From Candidatus Ilumatobacter herschelensis (lineage in GTDB: Bacteria; Actinomycetota; Acidimicrobiia; Acidimicrobiales; Ilumatobacteraceae), in the NCBI GenBank assembly GCA_963926495.1, contig CAWUXP010000046.1, forward strand, positions 1-40,863: a stretch of DNA of 40,863 bases, given 5' to 3'. Each line of letters begins with the position of its first letter. The stretch's first letter is position 1. Shown piece after piece: positions 9,427 to 19,095 of the stretch. The translations under genes were made by a program, and so were the position numbers. Below the pieces are notes generated by a model. It was not told the DNA's origin and ran no database searches. It saw only the letters and a list, made by a program, of their open reading frames with translations.

Positions 9427-10247
9427 TTCCCGCACAATTCGACTACGTCCGTGCCGAGTCTGCCGAGGAGGCAATCAGCCTCATCGGTCAACACGGTGAC
9501 GAGGCAAAGTTCATCGCTGGTGGTCACAGCCTGTTGCCGCTGATGAAGCTCCGCCTCGCCCAGCCCACCGTGCTGGTCGACATCGGCCGCCTCAGCGACC
9601 TGTCCTACATTCGTGAAGACGGTGACATGATCGCCATCGGCGCCATGACCCGCCACATGGACGTGGAGAACAGCCCTGTCCTCAAAGAGCACGCACCCCT
9701 GCTCGCTCACGCGGCCAGCCACGTCGGTGACCCGCAGGTCCGTCACCGGGGCACCATCGGCGGCTCGATCGCGCACAGTGACTCGGCGTCCGACCTTCCT
9801 GCGACAACACTCGCAATGGGCGCAACTTACGTCGCGCAAGGCCCGAACGGCACCCGCGAAATCGCGGCCGGCGACTTCTTCCAGGGCTTCCTCACCACAG
9901 CGCTCGCCCCCGACGAGATGCTCACCGAGATCCGCGTCCCAAAGATGGGCAGCGCCGGATGGAGCTTCCAGAAGTTCAACCGTCGTGCCCAAGACTGGGC
10001 AATCGTCGGTGTGGCGGCATGGCGCAACGGCACCGAGTCAGGTGTTGGCCTCGTCAACATGGGCTCGGTCCCGATCCTCGCCAGCGGGGTCAGCGCAGCA
10101 ATTGCCAGCGGCGCATCGATCGAAGACGCCGCAGCCGAAGCCGCAACAGGCACCGACCCAACGGCTGACCTGAACGCCAGTATCGAGTACCGCCAGCACC
10201 TCGCGCGCATCCTCACCAAGCGCGCCCTCACCGAAGCCACCTCCTGA
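9423..10247 (+). CDS. coxM: Molybdo-flavoenzyme FAD-binding medium subunit
   Basis: AGGHSLLPLMKLR and QVRHRGTIGGSIAH motifs; GTGA overlap with coxL. Confidence 0.92.
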   Translation: MIPAQFDYVRAESAEEAISLIGQHGDEAKFIAGGHSLLPLMKLRLAQPTVLVDIGRLSDLSYIREDGDMIAIGAMTRHMDVENSPVLKEHAPLLAHAASHVGDPQVRHRGTIGGSIAHSDSASDLPATTLAMGATYVAQGPNGTREIAAGDFFQGFLTTALAPDEMLTEIRVPKMGSAGWSFQKFNRRAQDWAIVGVAAWRNGTESGVGLVNMGSVPILASGVSAAIASGASIEDAAAEAATGTDPTADLNASIEYRQHLARILTKRALTEATS

Positions 10248-10369
10248 CGATCCAGATCGCCCAATACTTGCGTTGGCCGAGCTTCTAACCCGACCCGCCC
10301 GAGAGCTTTTTGTTTGGTGTGGGGCGGCGAGGGAACGACGCGGTGAACGCCGAGTAGCGTTCGGCCGCA

Positions 10370-11449
10370 ATGCTGCTCGCGATTTTGACATTGGGCCTTT
10401 GGAGGGTCCTGTGGTGGTCGTTGATCGGCGTGGGCATCGTCGCCGGGTACGCCGGGCTCCTCCGTGCTGTCGGCGTGGATTGGGTCAGAATCCGCTGGTC
10501 AGCACTTGGCGCATACGGCGTGGGCTACGTCTGGTGGTTCTTTGCCAAGGGCGTGATTATCGATCGCGTCTCGGTCCTCTGGTCGTTCGCGATCTTCCTC
10601 TCTCTTGCCAGCCTCGGGCGCCCCCTCCGTGAGTGGGCCCGAATGGCGGGCGACCTCGGCATCTTCGTCGTGATGTGGCTGGCCTACGACGAGAGCCGCG
10701 GCATCGCCGACGGGCTCGGTATGCCGATCCAGGTCGAGTCGGTCCGCAACATCGATCGATTCCTGTTCTTCGGTACGGACCCAGTCGTCTGGCTCCAGGA
10801 ACGCTTCTATCGCGGCCCCAACAACGTCCAGTGGTACGACGTCATTGGCTCGTGCGTGTACTACTCCCACTTCATCGTTCCGCCCATGGTGATCGCCGTG
10901 CTCTGGCTTCGTAATCGCAACCAGTGGGTTCGCTACATGCGACGCTTCGCCACCCTGCTCTTCGTTGCATGCGTGATGTTCGTGGTGCTGCCCACCGCGC
11001 CCCCGTGGATGGCCGCTGGAGGCGATAACCGAGTCGGCCTCGACCTCAATGCGCTTCCTCCACTGCACCGACCGACCGGAAACGGGTGGCGCCACATCGG
11101 ACTCGACAGCTTCGTACAAGCGTGGGATACGGGTCGCGATTGGGCCAATCAGGTCGCTGCGATGCCGTCGCTGCACTCAGCTTTTGCTCTCTTCGTCGTC
11201 GTGTTCTTCTGGCCCCAGATCAGCAATCGGTTCGTCCGAGCTGCGAGCCTGCTATACCCATTGACGATGGCCGTGGCGCTCGCGTACTTCGCCGAGCACT
11301 ACTTCATTGATGCCATCGCTGGTTGGCTCGTCGTCGGGGGTTCGTTCCTCCTGTGGAACCGCATCGACGCCCGCCTCGGGCAGAGGTCCGCAGACGAACT
11401 CCCTGGTCCCAGCGCCAACATCGAGGCGGTCGCCGCGACGAGTCCCTGA
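10370..11449 (+). CDS. PAP2-superfamily membrane phosphotransferase (Aur1/IPC-synthase-like)
   Basis: Multi-TM; PTAPPW, AAMPSLH and EHYFID motifs. Confidence 0.8.
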   Translation: MLLAILTLGLWRVLWWSLIGVGIVAGYAGLLRAVGVDWVRIRWSALGAYGVGYVWWFFAKGVIIDRVSVLWSFAIFLSLASLGRPLREWARMAGDLGIFVVMWLAYDESRGIADGLGMPIQVESVRNIDRFLFFGTDPVVWLQERFYRGPNNVQWYDVIGSCVYYSHFIVPPMVIAVLWLRNRNQWVRYMRRFATLLFVACVMFVVLPTAPPWMAAGGDNRVGLDLNALPPLHRPTGNGWRHIGLDSFVQAWDTGRDWANQVAAMPSLHSAFALFVVVFFWPQISNRFVRAASLLYPLTMAVALAYFAEHYFIDAIAGWLVVGGSFLLWNRIDARLGQRSADELPGPSANIEAVAATSP

Positions 11450-11474
11450 CATCGCCAGGCGCACCATCTGCCGA

Positions 11475-12203
11475 CTAGAGCAGGCCGGCGTAGGCACCGC
11501 CGTCGATCTGCAGATGCACGCCGCTCGTGAACGTTGCCTGCACACCGCAAAGAAAAGCGACATGAGCACCGAAATCATCGGCGTTACCCATTCGCATCTG
11601 ATCCATCTGATCTGGCGTATAGAGCGCATCGAGACGGGGCGTGCGATGAACACCGGGCTGCACCGTGTTGACAGTGACGCCGTCTTCAGCAACTTCGGAA
11701 GCCAGTGTCTTCAAGAACGCCGTGGCGCCTGCCCGTGCCGTGTTCGACAAGATCAGCTGCGGCATCGGCTGGCGCACCGACAGCGAGGTGATCGCGACGA
11801 CGCGACCCCACCGTTGTTGCTGCATTGCCGGGACCGCTGCCTTACACATCGCAACGACCGACAGCAGGTTGAGGTCGAGTGCCGCCTGATACGCATCGAC
11901 GGGCGTCGACTTGAAGTTGCCAGGGGGCGGACCACCCGCATTGGAAATAAGGATGTCGACGCCTCCGAGCGCAACCCGTGCAGCGTCGACGAATCCGGCA
12001 GCACCGTCAACCGTCGACACGTCAGCGACAATCGGAACACAGCCGTGGCCAACGGCCGCCGCAGCAGCCTCCAAGCTTGCTTCGTCTCGACCACAGATCG
12101 CGACGTGGACACCTTCGGCCGCCAACGCCTTTGCACTGCCAAGGCCCAGCCCCGATGATCCTGCAGCAACAGCCGCCCGACGTCCAGCAATTCCCAAATC
12201 CAT
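11475..12203 (-). CDS. SDR-family oxidoreductase (FabG-like subfamily)
   Basis: MDLGI start, AGSSGLG, NAGGPPPG, IDGG; LSNTAR at the usual YxxxK position. Confidence 0.88.
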   Translation of the reverse strand: MDLGIAGRRAAVAAGSSGLGLGSAKALAAEGVHVAICGRDEASLEAAAAAVGHGCVPIVADVSTVDGAAGFVDAARVALGGVDILISNAGGPPPGNFKSTPVDAYQAALDLNLLSVVAMCKAAVPAMQQQRWGRVVAITSLSVRQPMPQLILSNTARAGATAFLKTLASEVAEDGVTVNTVQPGVHRTPRLDALYTPDQMDQMRMGNADDFGAHVAFLCGVQATFTSGVHLQIDGGAYAGLL

Positions 12204-12254
12204 ACGCCGACCGTAGCCAGTATCGGACGCGCAGGCCGGTACAGAACCGAGTCG

Positions 12255-13805
12255 TCAGTCAGCGCGGAGGTGAGCGAACTGGTCACGCAGCTCGCGCTTG
12301 AGGATCTTGCCGCTCGGGTTGCGGGGCAATTCGGTCACGAACTCGACGGCCTTGACTGACTTGAACGGAGCAAGCTTGCCCTTACAGAACTCGATCACTT
12401 CTTCGACCGTCAGCGAGTCGTCTGCCGGCACGATTGCAGCGAGCGGCGACTCGCCCCACTTCTCCGACGGGATCCCAATCACGCCGACATCAGCAATCTT
12501 GTCGTGTGCGAGCAAGACGCTTTCGATTTCGGCGGGATAAACGTTCTCGCCACCGGAAATCAACATGTCCTTGACCCGGTCGACGATCGTCACGAAGCCG
12601 TCCTCGTCGATGGTCGCCACATCGCCCGTGTGCAACCACCCATCGATGACAGCCTCAGCGGTGGCCTCCGGGCGGTTCCAGTAACCGACCATCACGTTCG
12701 GGCCCTTCACCAACACTTCGCCCGACTCGTCAGGCCCGCAGTCGGCACCGTCTTCGTTGACGACCTTGACCTCGGTGAAGTAAAACGCCTTGCCGGTCGA
12801 GCCGGCACGGGCGATTGCATCGGCTGAACTGATGAGACAGGCGGGACCGCCGGTCTCGGTCAGTCCGTAAACCTGGTGAATCTCGATACCGAGTGCGTCG
12901 TACTGTTCGATCAAGGTTTTGGCGACCGGTGCAGCACCACTCATCACCCAACGCAACGTGCTGGCGTCGTGTTCGTCCGGGTTCCGCACAGCAAGCATGT
13001 ACTGCAGCATCACGGGCACCATCAGGGTGATCGTGATCTTCTCGTCGCGAATCAGTTCCCACGATTGCAATGGGTCGAACGATTTCAGGATCGTGACCGA
13101 GCAGCCGCCATAGATGCAACAGAGCACGGGATTGAGAGCACCGACGTGGAACATCGGCAACGAGATCAGGTACTTGTCGCCTGCCTGGAAATCGGCGGTC
13201 GCAACGGCCGTCAGGATCGACCAGAGCACCGTGTCATGCGAGTGCATGACACCCTTCGGCAATCCTGTGGTGCCACTGGTGTACATGATGAAGACCAGGT
13301 CGTCACCGACGCCGACGGGAGCGGGCTCGTCAGCAGATGCCGCACCTATCCACTCGTCGTAGTCAGCCACGCCGTCGGTTGCTTCGCCTCCGACCTGGAT
13401 CCAGGTCGAGATCGCGGTCTTGTCACCGCGACTGCGCAGCTCGGCTGCGATCTCGGCAAAGTCCGAGCCGTAGATCAGCACCGTGGCACCGGCATCGTGG
13501 AGAATGAACTCGAGTTCATCGGCGACGAGGCGCCAGTTGAGCGGCACGTTGACCGCGCCGACTTTGCCCGCTGCGAAGAACGACTCGACGAACTCGACGC
13601 CGTTCATCAGCAGTAGACCGACGCGATCACCGAGCGAAACGCCTGAATCCGTGAGCGCATTGGCGACCTGGTTCGACCGGCTGTTCAGTTCCCTAAACGA
13701 GAAGCGGCGATCGCTCGACGGTTCGAAGATCGCCTCGACGTCCGGATCGCGGTACGCCCGTTTGGTCAACAACTGCCCGACGTTCTGACTCACACCTGTG
13801 ATCAT
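12255..13805 (-). CDS. Long-chain fatty-acid-CoA ligase (FadD/AMP-binding)
   Basis: YTSGTTGLPKG, YGLTE, WLHTGD, DRVKDMLISGGENVYP, SGKILK; start at ATG 13805 inferred. Confidence 0.92.
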   Translation of the reverse strand: MITGVSQNVGQLLTKRAYRDPDVEAIFEPSSDRRFSFRELNSRSNQVANALTDSGVSLGDRVGLLLMNGVEFVESFFAAGKVGAVNVPLNWRLVADELEFILHDAGATVLIYGSDFAEIAAELRSRGDKTAISTWIQVGGEATDGVADYDEWIGAASADEPAPVGVGDDLVFIMYTSGTTGLPKGVMHSHDTVLWSILTAVATADFQAGDKYLISLPMFHVGALNPVLCCIYGGCSVTILKSFDPLQSWELIRDEKITITLMVPVMLQYMLAVRNPDEHDASTLRWVMSGAAPVAKTLIEQYDALGIEIHQVYGLTETGGPACLISSADAIARAGSTGKAFYFTEVKVVNEDGADCGPDESGEVLVKGPNVMVGYWNRPEATAEAVIDGWLHTGDVATIDEDGFVTIVDRVKDMLISGGENVYPAEIESVLLAHDKIADVGVIGIPSEKWGESPLAAIVPADDSLTVEEVIEFCKGKLAPFKSVKAVEFVTELPRNPSGKILKRELRDQFAHLRAD

Positions 13806-13836
13806 GTCGATATTCTCGCGCAACCATCCCACCAAG

Positions 13837-13890
13837 GAAAAACAGAACGGGCCCGGCTGGTCACGCCCCTCCCCCGGTCAGGCAGCCGGG
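13837..13890 (-). terminator. Possible intrinsic terminator after the glgX-like gene
   Basis: 8-bp stem CCCGGCTG/CAGCCGGG (13852-13859 with 13883-13890), followed on the minus strand by TTCTGTTTTT; the loop is long. Confidence 0.35.
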
Positions 13891-15630
13891 TCAGGCAGCC
13901 CGCGTGAGGACAACGACCGATCGAGGCCCCACCCGGAGGGACCTGCCGACGGCCTGATCCGGTCCAACAAATCCCTGCTCGTCCGCGGTGTCCAGCGCAA
14001 TCTGCCACGCGCCGGGAACCTGCACTGCGAAGTCGAGCGCCTCCCACCACATGTTTGCCATCACGTAGAGATCGCCGATATGCCAGGCAATCGAACGCGA
14101 GTGTGCGCCGAGGTCCGCAGCGCCGACCGCACCGAACCATTCGACGGCGCGTCCCCACGACTCCGGTTGCGTCAGAACATGATGCTGTGCGCGGAACGCG
14201 ATCAGGTGATGCACGAACTGCTCGTGATCGGCGAACAAATCTCTACGTTCCCAGTCGATCCAAGATGTCTCGTTGTCCTGGTTGTAGGGGTTGTTGTTGC
14301 CGTGCTGCGTTCGAGCGAACTCATCGCCCGCAACGAGCATCGGTGTGCCTTGGCTGAGCATCAGCAAGCACATGGCGTTACGCATCTGGCGTCGACGCAA
14401 CACGAGCACACCGTCCGGAGCGTCGACCTCGCCCTCCCAGCCGCAGTTCCACGACCGGTTGTCATCGGTGCCATCAGTGCCGTTCCAGCCGTTGGCATCG
14501 TTGTGCTTCCGGTCGTACGCAAACAGGTCGTGCAGCGTGAACCCGTCATGGGCGGTGAGCATGTTGATCGACGACCCAGGCGTATCGAACAGGTCGGGGC
14601 TGCCCTGCACCCGTTGGATCACCGCGCCGACGAGACCACCTTCGCCGCGCAGAAAGCCGCGCATGTCGTCACGGAACTTGTCGTTCCACTGCGCCCACCG
14701 TGCGTCAGGGAAGTCGCGACCGGCGAGGTAACGGGCAAGATCCCACGGCTCAGCAATCAGGCGAACTGCGCGCTGTTCGGCCCAGTCGCCGATCGACCGA
14801 ACGAATGCAGGGTTGCGGGCAAGCACTGCTGCCAGGTCGAACCTAAATCCGTCGACGCCGAGATCTGCTAGCCGGTTGAGCGACGTGAGTAGTAAGTCCT
14901 GGGCAACGGGTGACGCGGCGTCGATGATGTTGCCACAACCGGCGTCGTTGACGTAGCTGCCGTCGTCGTTGACCACGTAGTACTCCCGGTCGGCGAGGCC
15001 ACGCAGGTTGTAGGTCGGACCCGCTCGATCCTCTTCCGTCGTGTGATTCAGCACGACGTCGAGCCAAACCTCAATGTCGACGTCGTGGGCCGCCGACACG
15101 AGGTCAGCGAGCTCGTTCGCCGGTGCAGCGGAACGCGCGTAGTTCCGGTGGATCGCGCCAAAAGCAAGCGGCATGTATCCCCAGTAATTCGGTTCTGCCG
15201 GATCGAACTGGTGGACGGGAAGCAGTTCGAGCACCGACACACCGAGCGCCCTGAGTCGAGGCAGCTCATCAGCAAGCGCAGCAAGGGTGCCAGCATCAGG
15301 CCGATCGCGTAGTTTCGTCATTCCCCGGACATGTGCTTCGGACACGATCAGCGGCCGGCCTGTCCGCCGTTGCGGCCGGGCCGCTGGCCACGCAGATGCG
15401 ACGGCCCAGGCGTCGTGCTGGTAGCGCGTGTGAGTCGGACCGAACCACACCTCAGTAGCGCACGGATCAACCAGAGCAGGCCCGCCGTCGACGACAATCT
15501 GGTATCGAGCATTGGCCTGCACCGAGCCGACCCAATCGCTTCCACCCCGTTCGAGTGGGACCATGGCGCCATCGAGAACTCGCAGTTCCACCTGGCTCGC
15601 GTCCGGCGAGTACACCCGAACGTCGACCAT
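13891..15630 (-). CDS. glgX: GH13 glycogen-debranching enzyme/isoamylase (GlgX-like)
   Basis: ELLPVHQF, NYWGY, DVVLNHT, DGFRFDLA, IAEPWD, TAHDGFTL, SWNCGWEG, GNNNPY; short N-terminus. Confidence 0.85.
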   Translation of the reverse strand: MVDVRVYSPDASQVELRVLDGAMVPLERGGSDWVGSVQANARYQIVVDGGPALVDPCATEVWFGPTHTRYQHDAWAVASAWPAARPQRRTGRPLIVSEAHVRGMTKLRDRPDAGTLAALADELPRLRALGVSVLELLPVHQFDPAEPNYWGYMPLAFGAIHRNYARSAAPANELADLVSAAHDVDIEVWLDVVLNHTTEEDRAGPTYNLRGLADREYYVVNDDGSYVNDAGCGNIIDAASPVAQDLLLTSLNRLADLGVDGFRFDLAAVLARNPAFVRSIGDWAEQRAVRLIAEPWDLARYLAGRDFPDARWAQWNDKFRDDMRGFLRGEGGLVGAVIQRVQGSPDLFDTPGSSINMLTAHDGFTLHDLFAYDRKHNDANGWNGTDGTDDNRSWNCGWEGEVDAPDGVLVLRRRQMRNAMCLLMLSQGTPMLVAGDEFARTQHGNNNPYNQDNETSWIDWERRDLFADHEQFVHHLIAFRAQHHVLTQPESWGRAVEWFGAVGAADLGAHSRSIAWHIGDLYVMANMWWEALDFAVQVPGAWQIALDTADEQGFVGPDQAVGRSLRVGPRSVVVLTRAA

Positions 15631-15811
15631 CGACGAAGTCTGCCACCGCCACATCGCATTGGGAGCGAGTCCGGTGCAGTAACACGGGTAACTCGGGACG
15701 CACCGCTGCGGAATCCGCTGCGTGCTATCCCCAGTTCGACGCCAGCCCAGTTCAAACCGGAGTGACTCGCCAGGTCAGGGGCCGGTTGAGGGCTCCGCTA
15801 TCGTTTGCCCG

Positions 15812-16720
15812 GTGACCCCGGCCGACGTCAGCACCGCTCTCTCTGCTCAGGGGTATCTCCCCGACGAGGGGATCGCCACATCGGTCTTCCTCGCCATGAC
15901 GCTCCATAGGCCACTCCTGCTCGAAGGCGAAGCCGGAGTCGGCAAGACTGAGCTCGCCAAAAGCCTTGCCAAGGCAACTGGAGGCGAATTGATACGCCTC
16001 CAGTGCTACGAGGGAATCGACGCCTCACAAGCGGTCTACGACTGGGACTACGCCAAGCAGCTCCTGCACCTCCGGGCGACCGAGGCAACCGGCGAATCGC
16101 AGTCGACGACCGCCGACGCGCTCGAGGCTGAGCTGTACGGCGAACGGTTTCTCATCAAGCGCGCGCTGCTGCGGGCGATTGAGCCGACTGAGGGCCCGCC
16201 ACCGGTGCTCCTCATCGACGAGGTCGACAGAGCAGACGACGAGTTTGAGGCGTACCTGTTGGAGATCCTCTCCGATTTCCAAGTCACCGTGCCCGAGGTC
16301 GGCGTGTTTACGACCGATCGGCCACCGCTGGTTGTGTTGACCTCGAACCGCACCCGTGACGTTCATGACGCACTGAAGCGACGCTGCCTCTACCACTGGG
16401 TCGAGCACCCCGGCTTCGATCGAGAAGTCGCAATCGTCAAGTTGCGTGTGCCCGACGTCGACGATGTGCTCGCGAAGCAGGTCGCTGCCGCCGTCGAAGG
16501 CCTGCGCGGCCTTAACCTCTACAAGCCCCCCGGCGTAGCCGAAACAATCGATTGGGCAACGGCCCTCGGCCGCCTTGGCGCGAAGCAGCTTGACGACTCG
16601 GTTGTCGAACACACCCTCGGCACAGTCCTCAAGTATCGCGAGGACCACCAGCGGGTCGAGCAGCACGGCATCGGTGAAATCGTCAAACAGGCAATCGAAA
16701 AGGGCCTGCTGCACGCCTGA
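15812..16720 (+). CDS. coxD: MoxR-family AAA+ ATPase, CoxD type
   Basis: EGEAGVGKT, IRLQCYEG, YDWDY, LLIDEVDR, DALKRRCLY; start GTG 15812 lies 7 nt after TATCGT. Confidence 0.88.
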   Translation: MTPADVSTALSAQGYLPDEGIATSVFLAMTLHRPLLLEGEAGVGKTELAKSLAKATGGELIRLQCYEGIDASQAVYDWDYAKQLLHLRATEATGESQSTTADALEAELYGERFLIKRALLRAIEPTEGPPPVLLIDEVDRADDEFEAYLLEILSDFQVTVPEVGVFTTDRPPLVVLTSNRTRDVHDALKRRCLYHWVEHPGFDREVAIVKLRVPDVDDVLAKQVAAAVEGLRGLNLYKPPGVAETIDWATALGRLGAKQLDDSVVEHTLGTVLKYREDHQRVEQHGIGEIVKQAIEKGLLHA

Positions 16721-17940
16721 TGGCTGATCTTGCCCTGCCCCGACCGACCGGGCGACCGAGCTCTGCTGCTGCCAACGCAGCAATCGCGGCCAACGTGCCT
16801 GGTGCAACGATTGAACTGGCAACCGAGCCAGCCGAGATTGCCGTTGCTTTCAGCCGAGTGCTGCGTGGCGCTGGGCTCCGCGTGCCGACCAGCAGCACCC
16901 ACACCTTCGCAAGCGCCCTCTGTGTCGTTGGGCTTGACGACCGCGCCGGCACGTACTGGTCAGGCATGTCGACGCTGGTTCAGCGGCCCGAAGACATCGC
17001 GATTTACGACAAGGCCTTTGCTGTGTTCTTCGAGCACCGGCGCAGCGCCGGCGAAGATGTGCACGAGGAAGATCCGCTCTCGATCACCATTGCCATCGAT
17101 ACCGATGAGGAAGACGGCGCCGACGACGGCGCCGATGTTTCCGAGGGTGACGACGAGGAGACGGTCGAGCTGCGTTTCTCCACCACCGAGATCTTGCGCA
17201 ACAAAGACTTCGCCGAATACTCGCCCGACGAACTCGTACTTGCGCAAGAAATGATGAGCAGCCTGAAGTTGGTCGGGTCGCCCCGCAGATCGCTGCGCCT
17301 CGGCCCTGCCCGACGAGCCACACCTCGGCCGGACATTCGACGCACGGTTCGTGCATCACTCCAAGCCGGCGGCGAGCCGATCGAGCGCCATTTTCGAGCA
17401 CCCACCGAACGACTCCGGCGCCTGGTTCTCGTTCTCGATGTGAGCGGTTCGATGGAACCGTACGCCCGTGCACTGCTGCGCTTCGTCCACGCAGCCGTCG
17501 CAGGCCGCCAGAAGGTCGAAGCATTCGCGCTTGGAACACGGCTCACCCGAATCACTCGCGAGCTGAACAGCCGTGACCCCGATGTCGCGCTCCACGAGGC
17601 CGGCCAGCGGGTGCTCGACTGGAGTGGCGGCACCAAGCTCGGTGTTGGCCTGCGCCAGTTCAACGACGAATGGGGCGTGCGCGGCCTTGCTCGCAACTCG
17701 ATCGTGGTCATCCTGTCGGATGGTTGGGATCGCGGCGATCCCGACGAGCTCGCCAAGCAGATGGAACGTCTCCAGCGCGTCACACATCGCCTCGTCTGGG
17801 TTAACCCGCTGAAGGTCACGCCGGGTTACGCTCCGCTGGCCCGGGGAATGGCAGCGGCCCTGCCCTATGTTGACAACTTCGTCGAAGGCCATTCGGTGGC
17901 CGCCATGCAAGAACTTGCCAATGTAATCAGCCTGCCGTGA
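16720..17940 (+). CDS. coxE: VWA-domain protein, CoxE type
   Basis: MIDAS DVSGSM, WSGGT, ILSDGWD, WVNPL; coupled to coxD. Confidence 0.88.
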   Translation: MADLALPRPTGRPSSAAANAAIAANVPGATIELATEPAEIAVAFSRVLRGAGLRVPTSSTHTFASALCVVGLDDRAGTYWSGMSTLVQRPEDIAIYDKAFAVFFEHRRSAGEDVHEEDPLSITIAIDTDEEDGADDGADVSEGDDEETVELRFSTTEILRNKDFAEYSPDELVLAQEMMSSLKLVGSPRRSLRLGPARRATPRPDIRRTVRASLQAGGEPIERHFRAPTERLRRLVLVLDVSGSMEPYARALLRFVHAAVAGRQKVEAFALGTRLTRITRELNSRDPDVALHEAGQRVLDWSGGTKLGVGLRQFNDEWGVRGLARNSIVVILSDGWDRGDPDELAKQMERLQRVTHRLVWVNPLKVTPGYAPLARGMAAALPYVDNFVEGHSVAAMQELANVISLP

Positions 17941-17977
17941 GCAAGAAGATGAGCAAGAGAATGACAGGGAGAACCGT

Positions 17978-18295
17978 ATGAAAGACCTGATCGAAGACAT
18001 CGCTCGATGGCGTGCGGCTGGCGAACGCGTGGCCGTGGCCCGCGTGGTCGACATCGAAGGATCGGGCCCACGTGATCCCGGCGCAGCGATGGCGGTAACG
18101 GCTTCGGGCGAAGTCGCCGGCAGCGTCAGCGGCGGCTGCGTCGAGGGTGCAGTCGTCGGCCAGGCTCTGGCGATTCTCGACGGAACCGAAAAGCCTGGCA
18201 TCACCACATTCGGCTACTCGGACGACGACGCGTTCGCCGTCGGACTCACCTGCGGAGGCACCATCCACCTGTTCATCGAGGAACTCAACTGGTGA
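17978..18295 (+). CDS. XdhC/CoxI N-terminal domain protein (first half of split xdhC)
   Basis: GSGPRDPGA, GSVSGGCVE, AFAVGLTCGG motifs. Confidence 0.85.
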   Translation: MKDLIEDIARWRAAGERVAVARVVDIEGSGPRDPGAAMAVTASGEVAGSVSGGCVEGAVVGQALAILDGTEKPGITTFGYSDDDAFAVGLTCGGTIHLFIEELNW

Positions 18296-19095
18296 GCATC
18301 TTCGAGCAGTACGAGGCGCTCCTGCGGGCAGAGTCCCCGGTTGCGCTGGCAACGGTGATCGAGGGCCCCAACATCGGCGCGAAGCTGCTCGTAAAGCCAC
18401 AGGGTGACCCGGTTGGGTCGCTCGGCCATCCCGAACTCGATCGGGTGGTCGGGCGCGACGCCCTCGCCGAACTCGAGGCTGCCACTTCCGGCGTGCGGAG
18501 CTACGGCCCCCAGGGTCAGATCACGCCCGAAGACCTGATTGATCAACCGACGGTCAGGGTCTTCATCGAGTCGCATGCGCTGCCACCGCAGATGTGGATC
18601 TTCGGTGCGGTTGACTTCACCGCGGCACTCGCCCGGGTCGCCAAGATCCTCGGCTACCGCGTCACGGTCTGCGACGCCCGCGAGGTCTTTGCCACCCGTC
18701 GGCGTTTCCCGATGGCCGACGAGGTCAAGGTCACCTGGCCAACGCCGGTATTCGACGAGCACGGCGCCGAACTGGGCCCGAGAGATGCCGTGTGCATCCT
18801 CACGCATGACCCCAAGTTCGACGTGCCAGCTGTGCAGGGCGCATTGGCGACGCGTGTCGGATACATCGGCGTCATGGGCAGTCGAAAAACGCACGCAAAG
18901 CGGATGGAGCGGCTCGCCGAAGTGGGCGTCGTCGATGCTCGCGACCTCGATCGCTTGATGTCACCGATCGGCCTCGACATCGGAGCGCGCACGCCGGAAG
19001 AGACCGCCGTCAGCATCTGTGCCGAGATCATTGCACGGCGCACCAACCGTAACGTACCGAGCCTGCGCGACAGCTCGGGTGACATCCACAGCTGA
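18292..19095 (+). CDS. xdhC: XdhC family protein (second CoxI-like domain plus Rossmann domain)
   Basis: IFGAVDF, LTHDPKFD, YIGVMGS, PIGLDIGARTPEETAVSI. Confidence 0.88.
   Translation: MSIFEQYEALLRAESPVALATVIEGPNIGAKLLVKPQGDPVGSLGHPELDRVVGRDALAELEAATSGVRSYGPQGQITPEDLIDQPTVRVFIESHALPPQMWIFGAVDFTAALARVAKILGYRVTVCDAREVFATRRRFPMADEVKVTWPTPVFDEHGAELGPRDAVCILTHDPKFDVPAVQGALATRVGYIGVMGSRKTHAKRMERLAEVGVVDARDLDRLMSPIGLDIGARTPEETAVSICAEIIARRTNRNVPSLRDSSGDIHS

Noticed and set aside
10295-10327. Terminator after coxM (CCGCCC...GGGCGG)
   Set aside because: The T-rich run lies inside the loop rather than after the stem, and the stem is only 6 bp.
13798-14871. 357-aa plus-strand ORF, and other long antisense ORFs (11307-12158, 20759-21817, 24766-25941, 38869-39819)
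   Set aside because: Shadow ORFs opposite well-supported genes; expected in high-GC DNA and carrying no motifs.
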